Shown here: piece after piece, positions 9,597-17,955 of the stretch
How positions within the stretch are numbered: the stretch's first letter is position 1
Layout: each line of letters begins with the position of its first letter
The notes under the pieces: model-generated
What the model was told of the DNA's origin: nothing
Database searches by the model: none
The model's input: only the letters and a program-made list of their open reading frames with translations
NCBI GenBank assembly: GCA_965247695.1
Contig: OZ252037.1
Coordinates: forward strand, 5,568,123 to 5,632,122
Direction: 5' to 3'
DNA: 64,000 bases
Source of the DNA: Flavisolibacter sp.
GTDB lineage: Bacteria; Bacteroidota; Bacteroidia; Chitinophagales; Chitinophagaceae
Position numbers and translations under genes: made by a program

Positions 9597-9770
9597 ATGG
9601 AAAAAGACAAAACATTCGACGCCGTTCAAACAATGCGTGCCGTTCGCGAACAATTAAGTGAAAAATATTGGCAACATCCTGATCTCTTAAAAAAGGAAAT
9701 GAACGCGATAAAAGAAAAATACGATTTGCCTATTCCGTCTTTGCAAGAGGCTAAAACAACCGGACTTTGA
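9597..9770 (+). CDS. Small protein downstream of PIN, probable antitoxin (57 aa; not in ORF track)
   Basis: MEKDKTFDAVQTMRAVREQLSEKYWQHPDLLKKEMNAIKEKYDLPIPSLQEAKTTGL*, translated by hand; ATG 3 nt after the PIN stop. Confidence 0.72.
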   Translation: MEKDKTFDAVQTMRAVREQLSEKYWQHPDLLKKEMNAIKEKYDLPIPSLQEAKTTGL

Positions 9771-9844
9771 TCTGTGAGTATGCAAGCCGCGGATATGGAT
9801 TGCCGAAATTTTAAGAGGTAGAATGCTTAAATAAACCAAGTTTC

Positions 9845-10261
9845 ATGTTTACACATTGTTTTATCATGATGGCCATGACTGCAATCTTTATTCTTTCCTG
9901 TAGTTCTTCGGAAAAAGGAAAGGAGTGAAGCCAATTTAAAAGCGGGAACTATATCTATCATTTCCAAGGGCAGGAATTTTAAACCGATTTTTTAATCAGG
10001 CGCCAAGACTTAATACAAATAGAAATAGACAAAAAATCAGGCAAAACTTCTAAATTATCTATCGGATAAACCGGGAGTTGCAGTTATAAATTACGACTTC
10101 TTGAAACGACATTTGATTTTCCTGATTCCATTTAACGGCAACGAAAAGCGATGCCAACAAAAACGCAAATCTTAAGCTGGACGAACCAGTATTATATTTT
10201 TAAAACGACAAGGGACAATTCTGATTTTGTTTTACAACATACACTTTGGGTGATCAAGTAA
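9845..10261 (+). pseudogene. Lipoprotein pseudogene with four in-frame stops and no frameshift
   Basis: One frame: MFTHCFIMMAMTAIFILSCSSSEKGKE*SQFKSGNYIYHFQGQEF*TDFLIRRQDLIQIEIDKKSGKTSKLSIG*TGSCSYKLRLLETT...DSI*RQRK...LWVIK*; stops at 9926, 9980, 10067, 10133. Confidence 0.65.
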
Positions 10262-10460
10262 GATAATTTTCTCCTCTCTTTGCATTGTTTTTTTGAAACG
10301 CACCTTCGAGTCGCTTAAAAATTTTTAGGTTATCCAATACGGACGAACAATAGCTTTAAATTTTTTGGACATTGCCGCTATCTCCCCTCTAAACCGCCTC
10401 AATCACACGCGGTGAAATTCTGCTCATTTAATCAGCTTTGTGGTAACAAAATCAAATGTT

Positions 10461-10889
10461 ATGACACACAAAACCACAAAAGCCATTTACTGGATTACCA
10501 CGGCTATTATCTTTTTATTTGAAGGCCTGATGCCGGCGCTTACTTCCAACACGCAACTTGCCATTGACGGCATCAGGCACCTGGGCTATCCCGATTACTT
10601 CCGCATCATGCTTACGGTTTTTAAAGTGCTGGGTGCAACCGCGCTTATTCTTCCCGTTGTACACAAGCGCATAAAAGAATGGGCCTATGCAGGATTTGCC
10701 TTTAACCTCATCTCCGCCTTTGTCAGCCTTTGTGCAGTGGACGGACTAAGCGGGCAAGCCTTCTTCCCGCTTTTCATTCTTGCTGTTCTCATTGCTTCGT
10801 ATTCAACTTATCACAAGGTGATAAAACTACTTGCTGTAAAGAACGCAACCTTTAAAACTGCCAATCATGTCATTCCACACTTATCCTGA
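10461..10889 (+). CDS. DoxX-like family membrane protein
   Basis: IYWITT, HLGYPDYF, KEWAYAGFAFNLISAFVS; ATG 10461 preferred over GTG 10440. Confidence 0.85.
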   Translation: MTHKTTKAIYWITTAIIFLFEGLMPALTSNTQLAIDGIRHLGYPDYFRIMLTVFKVLGATALILPVVHKRIKEWAYAGFAFNLISAFVSLCAVDGLSGQAFFPLFILAVLIASYSTYHKVIKLLAVKNATFKTANHVIPHLS

Positions 10890-11073
10890 TAGCAGCGAAG
10901 GCAAAAGCCGTGGGGACGTTGAAGAGAAAACCGCACAAAATTTTATTATGGAAAAGCAGGCAAGGACAGAAGAAATTTTAGCCCGGTTGAAAAGGAATTC
11001 GCCCTTGGCCTATGGATACGCAATGCTGATTTATGCCTTGATCAACGAGACTAACTATGAAAAGGATGATTAA
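10867..11073 (+). CDS. Small hypothetical protein (start may be ATG 10948)
   Basis: ORF followed by a terminator; no recognisable motif. Confidence 0.4.
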   Translation: MSFHTYPDSSEGKSRGDVEEKTAQNFIMEKQARTEEILARLKRNSPLAYGYAMLIYALINETNYEKDD

Positions 11074-11076
11074 AAT

Positions 11077-11115
11077 AAAAAAGGGCTTTTACCAGTAAAG
11101 CAAAAGCCCTTTTTT
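11077..11115. terminator. Bidirectional intrinsic terminator
   Basis: AAAAAAGGGCTTTT...AAAAGCCCTTTTTT between convergent ORFs. Confidence 0.8.
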
Positions 11116-11129
11116 GTCGCCAGTGAGGT

Positions 11130-11354
11130 TTAATGCTGGCGCATTAAATATTTTTCAAGCGCATCTACCGCTTCATCTTTTACTGCTTCAGAAGCGGCAT
11201 CTGCGGAATGCCACTCGTCGTGTTCGCGGCGAAAAACAAAAGCCGGTTCCAAACTTCCCTGTTGAAAGAACCGGTATTCATCGTTGTCGAAAACAATGTG
11301 ATAATCGCCGGGAACTCCGTTTGTATTGAGCGTTGTCCAAAATAGATCTTCCAT
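11130..11354 (-). CDS. Small hypothetical protein
   Basis: MEDLFWTTLNTNG...AVDALEKYLMRQH; protein-like composition, ends at the terminator. Confidence 0.6.
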   Translation of the reverse strand: MEDLFWTTLNTNGVPGDYHIVFDNDEYRFFQQGSLEPAFVFRREHDEWHSADAASEAVKDEAVDALEKYLMRQH

Positions 11355-11457
11355 GATGCAGTGTTTATAATTTGAATCATCGGACACGCCAAGAGCGTGT
11401 CCTTACGAAGAAAACAATACCGTCGCAAGCCAATCTTCAAATCATCACATCTTCAAA

Positions 11458-12288
11458 TCAATTGCTGCCGGTTTCACTCACTGCTTTTGTTTGTTGCAAC
11501 AGTTGCAAAATCTGGTCAAGCTTTGGCGCCAGAATAATTTCGGTACGGCGGTTTTTTTGGCGGCCTTCAGGTGTGCTATTGCTCTCTACGGGTTCAAAAT
11601 AGCTGCGGCCGGATGCTGTGACTCTTGTAGGATCAACCGCATACGTGTTCGTCAGTAAACGAACGATTGATGTGGCTCTTGCCACACTTAAAGCCCAGTT
11701 GTCTTCAAAGGCTTTTTTAATGGGAATGGAATCGGTGTGGCCTTCCACCACCACATTAATATCTGGACTGTTGTTTAAGGCTTGCGCCAATGTGCCTAAT
11801 GCTTCTTTGCCTTTTTCATTGACTACCGCACTGCCCGATGGAAACAACAAACTCTCCTGCAGGCTTACATATACGCGGCCATTTTTTGTGAACACAGTTA
11901 ATTCATTGGAGCTAAAACCGGTTAAGGCATCGGCCATTTTCTTGCGCAGGTTTTCTACGGCATCGCCCTGCTCCTGCAACAGTTTGCGTAAATCAAGCAG
12001 GCGTTTTTGTTCGGCCTCTAATTGCTTTTGCGTAAGGTTGGCCTGACCACTGGCCTGCGAATATTTTTGCAGCGCTTCGTCAATTTGCGCTATCAGGCGG
12101 GCATTGTCTTTTTGCATGTTCTCGTTCTGTCCTTTTAGGCGAACAATCTCATCGCCCTGCTGCGATGTTTGGTTCATGAGTGTTTGTTCGCGGCTTATGG
12201 CTTCCCCGTATTTTTTCTGCGACACGCAAGAAGTAAAACAAAGGGCTGCAAGTGCAGCAAGAACGAGGGTGTTGAAAACGGACTTCAT
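11458..12288 (-). CDS. OmpA/MotB-family lipoprotein with coiled coil
   Basis: Lipobox FTSC, LLFPSGSA, VEGHTDSIP, NWALSVARA, NRRTEIIL. Confidence 0.9.
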   Translation of the reverse strand: MKSVFNTLVLAALAALCFTSCVSQKKYGEAISREQTLMNQTSQQGDEIVRLKGQNENMQKDNARLIAQIDEALQKYSQASGQANLTQKQLEAEQKRLLDLRKLLQEQGDAVENLRKKMADALTGFSSNELTVFTKNGRVYVSLQESLLFPSGSAVVNEKGKEALGTLAQALNNSPDINVVVEGHTDSIPIKKAFEDNWALSVARATSIVRLLTNTYAVDPTRVTASGRSYFEPVESNSTPEGRQKNRRTEIILAPKLDQILQLLQQTKAVSETGSN

Positions 12289-12327
12289 CAGTAGGAGTTT
12301 CGGACAAAGTTCCTAAAAATTATGCCA

Positions 12328-12648
12328 CCTCGCCACGGCCCTCTCCATTAAAGATGGAGAGGGGAACAGTGGCTGAAAGCAACAGGGTCGTCTACGAGTA
12401 GTTTTGATAATTAATGCAGTTGAAAAAAGAGTTGAAACAAATGGCGATAATTATACAATGCGGAATAGCGATAAGAACGTACAAGCCCCGATAGCTCCCG
12501 ATAGCTATCGGGACGGGAGCGACGCAACAGGCGATAAATAGATAGATGAACCCTTGGCTCAAAAAGACAGCTGCTAAAAGAATGTCACCGTCTGTTGCCC
12601 TCGTGCGCAAGCACTCCCTCTCCATCTCCGATGGAGAGGGGGTTGAGG
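12328..12648. mobile_element. Composite REP/MITE-like element 1 (CCCTCTCC..GGAGAGGG hairpin ends)
   Basis: Left cctcgccacggccctctccattaaagatggagagggg; right gcgcaagcactccctctccatctccgatggagagggggttgagg abutting the stop of the 12649 ORF; internal CCCGATAGCTATCGGGA and GAGCGACGCAAC motifs. Confidence 0.6.
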
Positions 12649-13083
12649 TCAAAACACCAAATGCTCTTTGTTCTTAATCTTTTCATTGGTTAGTTCCAAT
12701 ACTAACTGTACACCGTTAAGCGACCGGAGGGAATAAACGAGATCGGACAGAAATTCGTTCGCTACATAATCATCTTTTAGCAACCATAAAAAATCAAGGT
12801 GCCGGAGTTCGGGCAAAAGATATTCGCCATCGTGTTGGTTGTTGTACAAATAGTGCATAAGGCAAGTGGAAGGCTGGGCATATTCGTACACCGGAAAATA
12901 GTACATCCGGCTCTTGCGTTTTAAAGGAATCTCAACCACGTTGGTGATGCGAAAATCTATGCCCATCAACTGGTTGATTTGCCAGCAAAAATTATAATCC
13001 TTGATGGGCGCCTGAATGCCGAGTAAACGGGCGTCTTCAAAGAAGCCGTCCACCATTTCTTTGTTATCAAGTACGAATGACAT
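12649..13083 (-). CDS. IPExxxVDY-family protein
   Basis: LLGI...KDYNFCWQIN, YLLPELRHLDFLWLL signature. Confidence 0.8.
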   Translation of the reverse strand: MSFVLDNKEMVDGFFEDARLLGIQAPIKDYNFCWQINQLMGIDFRITNVVEIPLKRKSRMYYFPVYEYAQPSTCLMHYLYNNQHDGEYLLPELRHLDFLWLLKDDYVANEFLSDLVYSLRSLNGVQLVLELTNEKIKNKEHLVF

Positions 13084-13108
13084 GGCTGGTGTTTTGGTTT
13101 GCGGAAAG

Positions 13109-14896
13109 CTACTGAAACTCTACAGTCGCTGCAAGGTTTTGTCCGCCTCTTGTATAATTTACCGTGGTTTTATCGCCCTTTTTAAACTTGCCAAGGGCTT
13201 GCATGTAGCTTTCCATTGATGATACTTTATAGTCGCCAAGCGAGGTAATTACATCGCCTGTTTGCAAGCCTGCTTTTTGTGCGGGACGGCCATCGCTTAC
13301 GCCGTCGGCTCTTACGCCGGCGCCGCTAAACGTGTAGTCGGGCATGATGCCGAGCGACACGCTCCAACGAGCCGTGGTTCCCATTTGCGGGTCTCTTGTT
13401 TTAACAAAGGCAAGTTTCGCATTCATTTTATCCGTTGCCTGCAGCAAACTGTAAATGTGTTTTACGATGCCAGCCTCACCGTTGTAATTAATCTTGTCCG
13501 CATCATCCGATGGCTTGTGGTAATCGGTATGAAGCCCGGTAAAATAAAACAGTACCGGAATGCCTTTGTTGTAAAAAGAGGTGTGGTCGCTTGGTCCCTG
13601 GCCGCTGCTATCAAAGCGGTAAGCCGTTGTGCTGTACACTGCTTCTTTGCCTTGCCGGTTGTACAATTCGCCCCAAGTGGGCGATGTGCCGTAACCGCCA
13701 ACGGTAATGGTTTTGGAAGAATCGTTTAAACGTCCTACCATGTCCATGTTTAGCATAAAGTTTACGCTGCTTAAATCAACGGTGGGATGTTCAACAAAAA
13801 ACTTTGACCCGAACAAGCCGAGTTCTTCGCCGGAGAAAGCAATGAGTAATACGTTGCTATTCTTGAGCGGCGAAGTTTTTAAAAGCCTCGCCAGTTCAAT
13901 CAGTGCCGCCGTGCCGCTGGCGTTGTCGTCGGCGCCGTTGTGAATTTGTTTGTCTGTTCCGGTATAGCGGCTGTTGGCGTCTTCGCCGTAACCCAGGTGA
14001 TCGAAGTGAGCGCCGAGAACCACCGTTCTTGCAGCGCCGTTGTCTAAATAACCGATCACGTTTTCGCCGCTGCGCTTCTTCTCCGCAACTTCTGTTTTTG
14101 CTTTCAGTTTTAATAGCGCCGAAGGATCGCCGAAATATTTTTTAGCCGCTTCCTTTAAAATATAAACCACCGGAATGGGAAGCGGCTCTGTTCTGTCTTT
14201 ACCGTCAAAACTCAATCCGTCGTTCAGCTTTGATGTATTGTAAACAAACAAAGCGGTTGCGCCTTTCTTAGCTGCATCCGTTGCTTTGGCCACCACCGCT
14301 TCCACAACATCAAAGTGCGGATTACCGGCATTCTTATTCACCGTTTCTTCCAAATCAAAAAACCAAGGTTCGCCTTTTTCCATCAAGGCTATGGAAGCCA
14401 GGGCATCCACACCGGCATTGGCGCTAAACACAAGAGGAAAGAAATCGGTGCCGGATTTTAAATCAACGCCGTTAATGGCAAGCGTATTGGCGGCGGTCAG
14501 CTCTTTACCTTCGGCTACGGGAAAGGGTTGATAAAAACCATCGGTACCTTTTGGCTGAAGCCCGATGGACTGAAAGGCGGCGCTGATATAAGCAGCCGCT
14601 TTTCTCTCTCCTTCTGTTCCGGTGCGGCGGCCTTCCAAACTATCGCTGGCAAGGTATTGAACATGGCCTCTTAAGTTCGATGCCAGCGGTTGAAGGTCAG
14701 ACGCCGCTTGCTTTTGCGAAGCGCAGCCCGCAAGTAAAAGAAGGCTTAGACTAAACTGAATATGTGGGAGAGGCCGTGCAAACACTGGAGTTGTTTTAAT
14801 TCGTGAACGTTCGTTGTGTCCTTTGTGCAACCTTTGTATTCTTCGTGGCCTTCCTACGCCAGAGCGCAAGCGGATCATCACGGAAACTAAGGACAT
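13109..14896 (-). CDS. M28 peptidase lipoprotein with PA-like insert and C-terminal PDZ (true start probably GTG 14785)
   Basis: LLLAGC lipobox, GAHFDHLG, GADDNASG, SGEELGL, SDH, DYHKPSD, LGIMPDY PDZ. Confidence 0.9.
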   Translation of the reverse strand: MSLVSVMIRLRSGVGRPRRIQRLHKGHNERSRIKTTPVFARPLPHIQFSLSLLLLAGCASQKQAASDLQPLASNLRGHVQYLASDSLEGRRTGTEGERKAAAYISAAFQSIGLQPKGTDGFYQPFPVAEGKELTAANTLAINGVDLKSGTDFFPLVFSANAGVDALASIALMEKGEPWFFDLEETVNKNAGNPHFDVVEAVVAKATDAAKKGATALFVYNTSKLNDGLSFDGKDRTEPLPIPVVYILKEAAKKYFGDPSALLKLKAKTEVAEKKRSGENVIGYLDNGAARTVVLGAHFDHLGYGEDANSRYTGTDKQIHNGADDNASGTAALIELARLLKTSPLKNSNVLLIAFSGEELGLFGSKFFVEHPTVDLSSVNFMLNMDMVGRLNDSSKTITVGGYGTSPTWGELYNRQGKEAVYSTTAYRFDSSGQGPSDHTSFYNKGIPVLFYFTGLHTDYHKPSDDADKINYNGEAGIVKHIYSLLQATDKMNAKLAFVKTRDPQMGTTARWSVSLGIMPDYTFSGAGVRADGVSDGRPAQKAGLQTGDVITSLGDYKVSSMESYMQALGKFKKGDKTTVNYTRGGQNLAATVEFQ

Positions 14897-15039
14897 GACG
14901 AAAGCAATTAAATGCGGACGGCAAAAATAGTTTTACGGTTGCTACCGCACCGGCAAAAGCGCATTTTTTTCATCCGTCTTTTTTCCTTACCCTTAACACA
15001 AAACTCCGCATCTCGTAAATGGCCGCAGTGGTGGCTGGC

Positions 15040-15047
15040 TACCTTTG
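15040..15047 (+). promoter_or_regulatory. -7 promoter box TACCTTTG of feoB
   Basis: TAnnTTTG 10 nt before GTG 15058. Confidence 0.55.
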
Positions 15048-15057
15048 CAAACCTTCC

Positions 15058-17175
15058 GTGATAAAAAAGACCGTCCATATTGCCCTCGTCGGAAATCCCA
15101 ACAGCGGAAAGACCTCGCTGTTTAATGCGTTGACCGGACTGCATCAAAAAACCGGCAATTTTCCCGGCGTAACGGTGGACAAAAAAACAGGCAGCAGTTC
15201 TCTTTCGTCAACGCTTACCGGTAACATCATTGACTTGCCCGGCACATACAGCCTTTACCCAAAACGATTAGACGAATGGGTAAGCTACCGTGTGTTGCTC
15301 AATCAGGATAAAGACATTCGGGCCGATGTATTTGTAGTGGTAGTAGATGCCAGCAACCTCAAACGCAACCTGCTTTTTTGTTCGCAGATCATGGACCTAA
15401 AAATGCCGGTGGTAGTGGCGCTTACAATGGCGGACATTGCCAAGCGCAAAGGCATTGAGATAGACTTGCCGCAATTGGAACGGGAGCTCGGTGTGCCGGT
15501 CGTTTCCATCAACCCGCGAAAAGAGAAAGGCATTCAGCAGTTAAAAAAGGCTATTGAGTTGACGGCTTCCAATCAATACAAAATTCCCGTTCGGGATTTT
15601 ATTGAAAACAAAGAATTAGCCGCCGCGCCTATCGAAGATTTGCAAGCCGTAATTCCGGAAGCTTCAGACTATTCGGCCATTCATTTTCTTATCAATCACG
15701 AAGAATTTGAATTGGACGACAAAATGCAACACACCATTGAAAGCATTGAAGAAAAGCATGCCTTCAATCCTACTAAAACGCAGGCCGCCGAAATTCTGCA
15801 ACGTTACAATCGCATCCGGCAGATTATGCAGTCGGCAGTGGTTGAACCAGACCCGAACGAGCAAAAACGTTTCACCGCAAAGCTGGATGATGTGTTGCTG
15901 CACCGCACCTGGGGTTACTTGATTTTATTCGCCGTATTGTTCCTGCTTTTTCAGGCGGTGTTTTACATTGCCCAATATCCAATGACCTGGATTGAAGAAG
16001 GCTTTTCTTATGCCAGCATCTGGTTGAACAACCTTTTACCTGCGGGTTGGTTTTCGGACCTGGTGGTGAACGGCCTTTTGGCAGGACTAAGCGGCATCAT
16101 GGTATTTGTGCCGCAGATCATGATTCTCTTTGGCCTCATTACCGTGCTGGAAGATACCGGCTACATGGCCCGCATTTCTTTTCTTACCGATAGGTTGATG
16201 CGCAGTGTTGGCCTGAACGGAAAGAGTGTGATGCCCTTGATCAGCGGCTTTGCCTGCGCTGTGCCGGCCATCATGAGTGCCCGAAACATTGAGAACCGCA
16301 AGGAGCGGCTGCTGACGATTTTGATTACGCCGCTCATGAGTTGTTCGGCGAGGTTGCCGGTTTATACCATCCTGATTGCGCTGGTTATTCCAAACAAATA
16401 TTACCTCCATTTTTTAAGCTTGCAGGCGTTGGTGATGATGGGGCTTTACCTTTTAGGCTTTGCCATGGCCATGCTGGTGTCTTACATCGCCAAGTGGTTT
16501 ATACACATCAAGGAGAAAAGTTTTTTCATTTTAGAATTGCCAACGTACCGTCCGCCGCGGGCCAAAACCGTTGTGCAAACCATGTTGAGCAAGGCCCGCA
16601 TTTTTGTAACCGATGCCGGTAAGATCATCATGGTGATTTCGCTGATTCTTTGGGCCTTGAGTTCCTACGGCCCGCCGGGGCGAATTGGGAAAATTGAGAA
16701 AAGCTATGAACAGCAAATGGCGCTTCATCCTGAAGCAAAAGATTCGTTGCAGATACACCTGAACACCGCCAAGCTGGAGAACTCTTACGCAGGCATTGTG
16801 GGCAAGAGCATGGAGCCGGTGATTAAACCTCTAGGTTATGATTGGCGCATCGGCATTGCGCTGGTTACATCCTTTGCTGCACGTGAAGTTTTTGTGGGCA
16901 CAATGGCAACCTTGTTCAGCGTATCGGACGACGACAAAGGCACCTTGCTGCGTGATAAAATGGCTGCCGCCAAGAAGAGCAACGGCGAGCCGTTGTTCAC
17001 GACAGCTACCGGTGTATCGCTCATGATATTTTATCTCTTTGCCATGCAGTGCATGAGCACACTGGCAATTGTAAAACGTGAAACAAGAACCTGGAAATGG
17101 CCGGTGATACAATTGGTGTACATGACAGGGATAGCGTATGTAATGAGTTGGCTGGCGTATTTGATTTTGAAGTAA
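15058..17175 (+). CDS. feoB: Ferrous iron transporter B
   Basis: GNPNSGKT, NFPGVTVD, DLPGTYSL, GFACAVPAIM, MSCSARLPVY, SFAAREVFV. Confidence 0.96.
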   Translation: MIKKTVHIALVGNPNSGKTSLFNALTGLHQKTGNFPGVTVDKKTGSSSLSSTLTGNIIDLPGTYSLYPKRLDEWVSYRVLLNQDKDIRADVFVVVVDASNLKRNLLFCSQIMDLKMPVVVALTMADIAKRKGIEIDLPQLERELGVPVVSINPRKEKGIQQLKKAIELTASNQYKIPVRDFIENKELAAAPIEDLQAVIPEASDYSAIHFLINHEEFELDDKMQHTIESIEEKHAFNPTKTQAAEILQRYNRIRQIMQSAVVEPDPNEQKRFTAKLDDVLLHRTWGYLILFAVLFLLFQAVFYIAQYPMTWIEEGFSYASIWLNNLLPAGWFSDLVVNGLLAGLSGIMVFVPQIMILFGLITVLEDTGYMARISFLTDRLMRSVGLNGKSVMPLISGFACAVPAIMSARNIENRKERLLTILITPLMSCSARLPVYTILIALVIPNKYYLHFLSLQALVMMGLYLLGFAMAMLVSYIAKWFIHIKEKSFFILELPTYRPPRAKTVVQTMLSKARIFVTDAGKIIMVISLILWALSSYGPPGRIGKIEKSYEQQMALHPEAKDSLQIHLNTAKLENSYAGIVGKSMEPVIKPLGYDWRIGIALVTSFAAREVFVGTMATLFSVSDDDKGTLLRDKMAAAKKSNGEPLFTTATGVSLMIFYLFAMQCMSTLAIVKRETRTWKWPVIQLVYMTGIAYVMSWLAYLILK

Positions 17176-17219
17176 GGGAGATGAGTCTTTATTTTTAAAA
17201 CTCTAAACGCAATCCACTT

Positions 17220-17701
17220 GTGAGGAAGCAAACTCTTTTGATTACGAGCCTCGCCTTACTGGCCACTCTTTGTATTTTTCACTTCCTTACCTGGCGTCAT
17301 CTTGAGATCACCGATTCGCGGCTTTTTGCGATATATAGAAACACATCCTTTATTTTTTTGGCTGTGTACTGTTAACCATGGCGGTGTTTGCGCCACAAGA
17401 TTATGCCGTCCAATTCAGTAGATTACTTGTGATGATTTGTGCATTGTGTGCCGGCTTTTTGTATCTGGCCTTGTCTATCTTTTCACCTTTCCCGAAGGAC
17501 ACTACCGACATCAGGGTTTTGTATGTGGACAAACAGAATCCTGCACGGCAAATTATTGAGCAAGTAACTTATGCCGGCGTCTTTGGCAGTGACCGGTACG
17601 ATACAATAATCATTAAGCAGTTGATGAACAACGTGCGATGGAGGAGTACGATTGATATGTCAAGAGTAGATTTGAATCAGTGGATGCCTTCAAACAAATA
17701 A
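17220..17701 (+). pseudogene. Membrane protein split by a 1-nt deletion in a T7 run (17353-17359); 3' part is the 17378..17701 ORF
   Basis: GTG 17220 frame VRKQTLLITSLALLATLCIFHF...RNTSF joins ...FFGCVLLTMAVFAPQ if one T is added. Confidence 0.5.
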
Positions 17702-17902
17702 CTCCTTTTTGTCTAAACTTTCCATGCGCTAAATTTCCATTTACATAGAAGTGAAATCATTTTCAACTTTTTTACTTTACCAATATTGGTAGTGTTTTTT
17801 AAAGTATAGAATAAATGGCTTTGTAGTGTAACTCGAGCCATGGTAGCTGTTCCTTCATAAAACAAACCTTCAATTCTCTTTCCTTCTTTTCAATACCGTT
17901 AT

Positions 17903-17936
17903 AAAAAAAGCATCCGCCAGTTGGCGGATGCTTTTT
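17903..17936. terminator. Intrinsic terminator (bidirectional)
   Basis: AAAAAAAGCATCCGCC-agtt-GGCGGATGCTTTTT downstream of the T9SS cargo gene. Confidence 0.85.
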
Positions 17937-17955
17937 GATTTTGCTTTTTTATTTC

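Noticed and set aside
14786-14896. Arg-rich N-terminal extension of the M28-PDZ protein
   Set aside because: Overlaps a CTTTGTG/CTTCGTG-type repeat, and the lipobox position favours GTG 14785
17705-17900. AT-rich stretch that might be another gene remnant
   Set aside because: Multiple stops in the frames examined and no convincing motif
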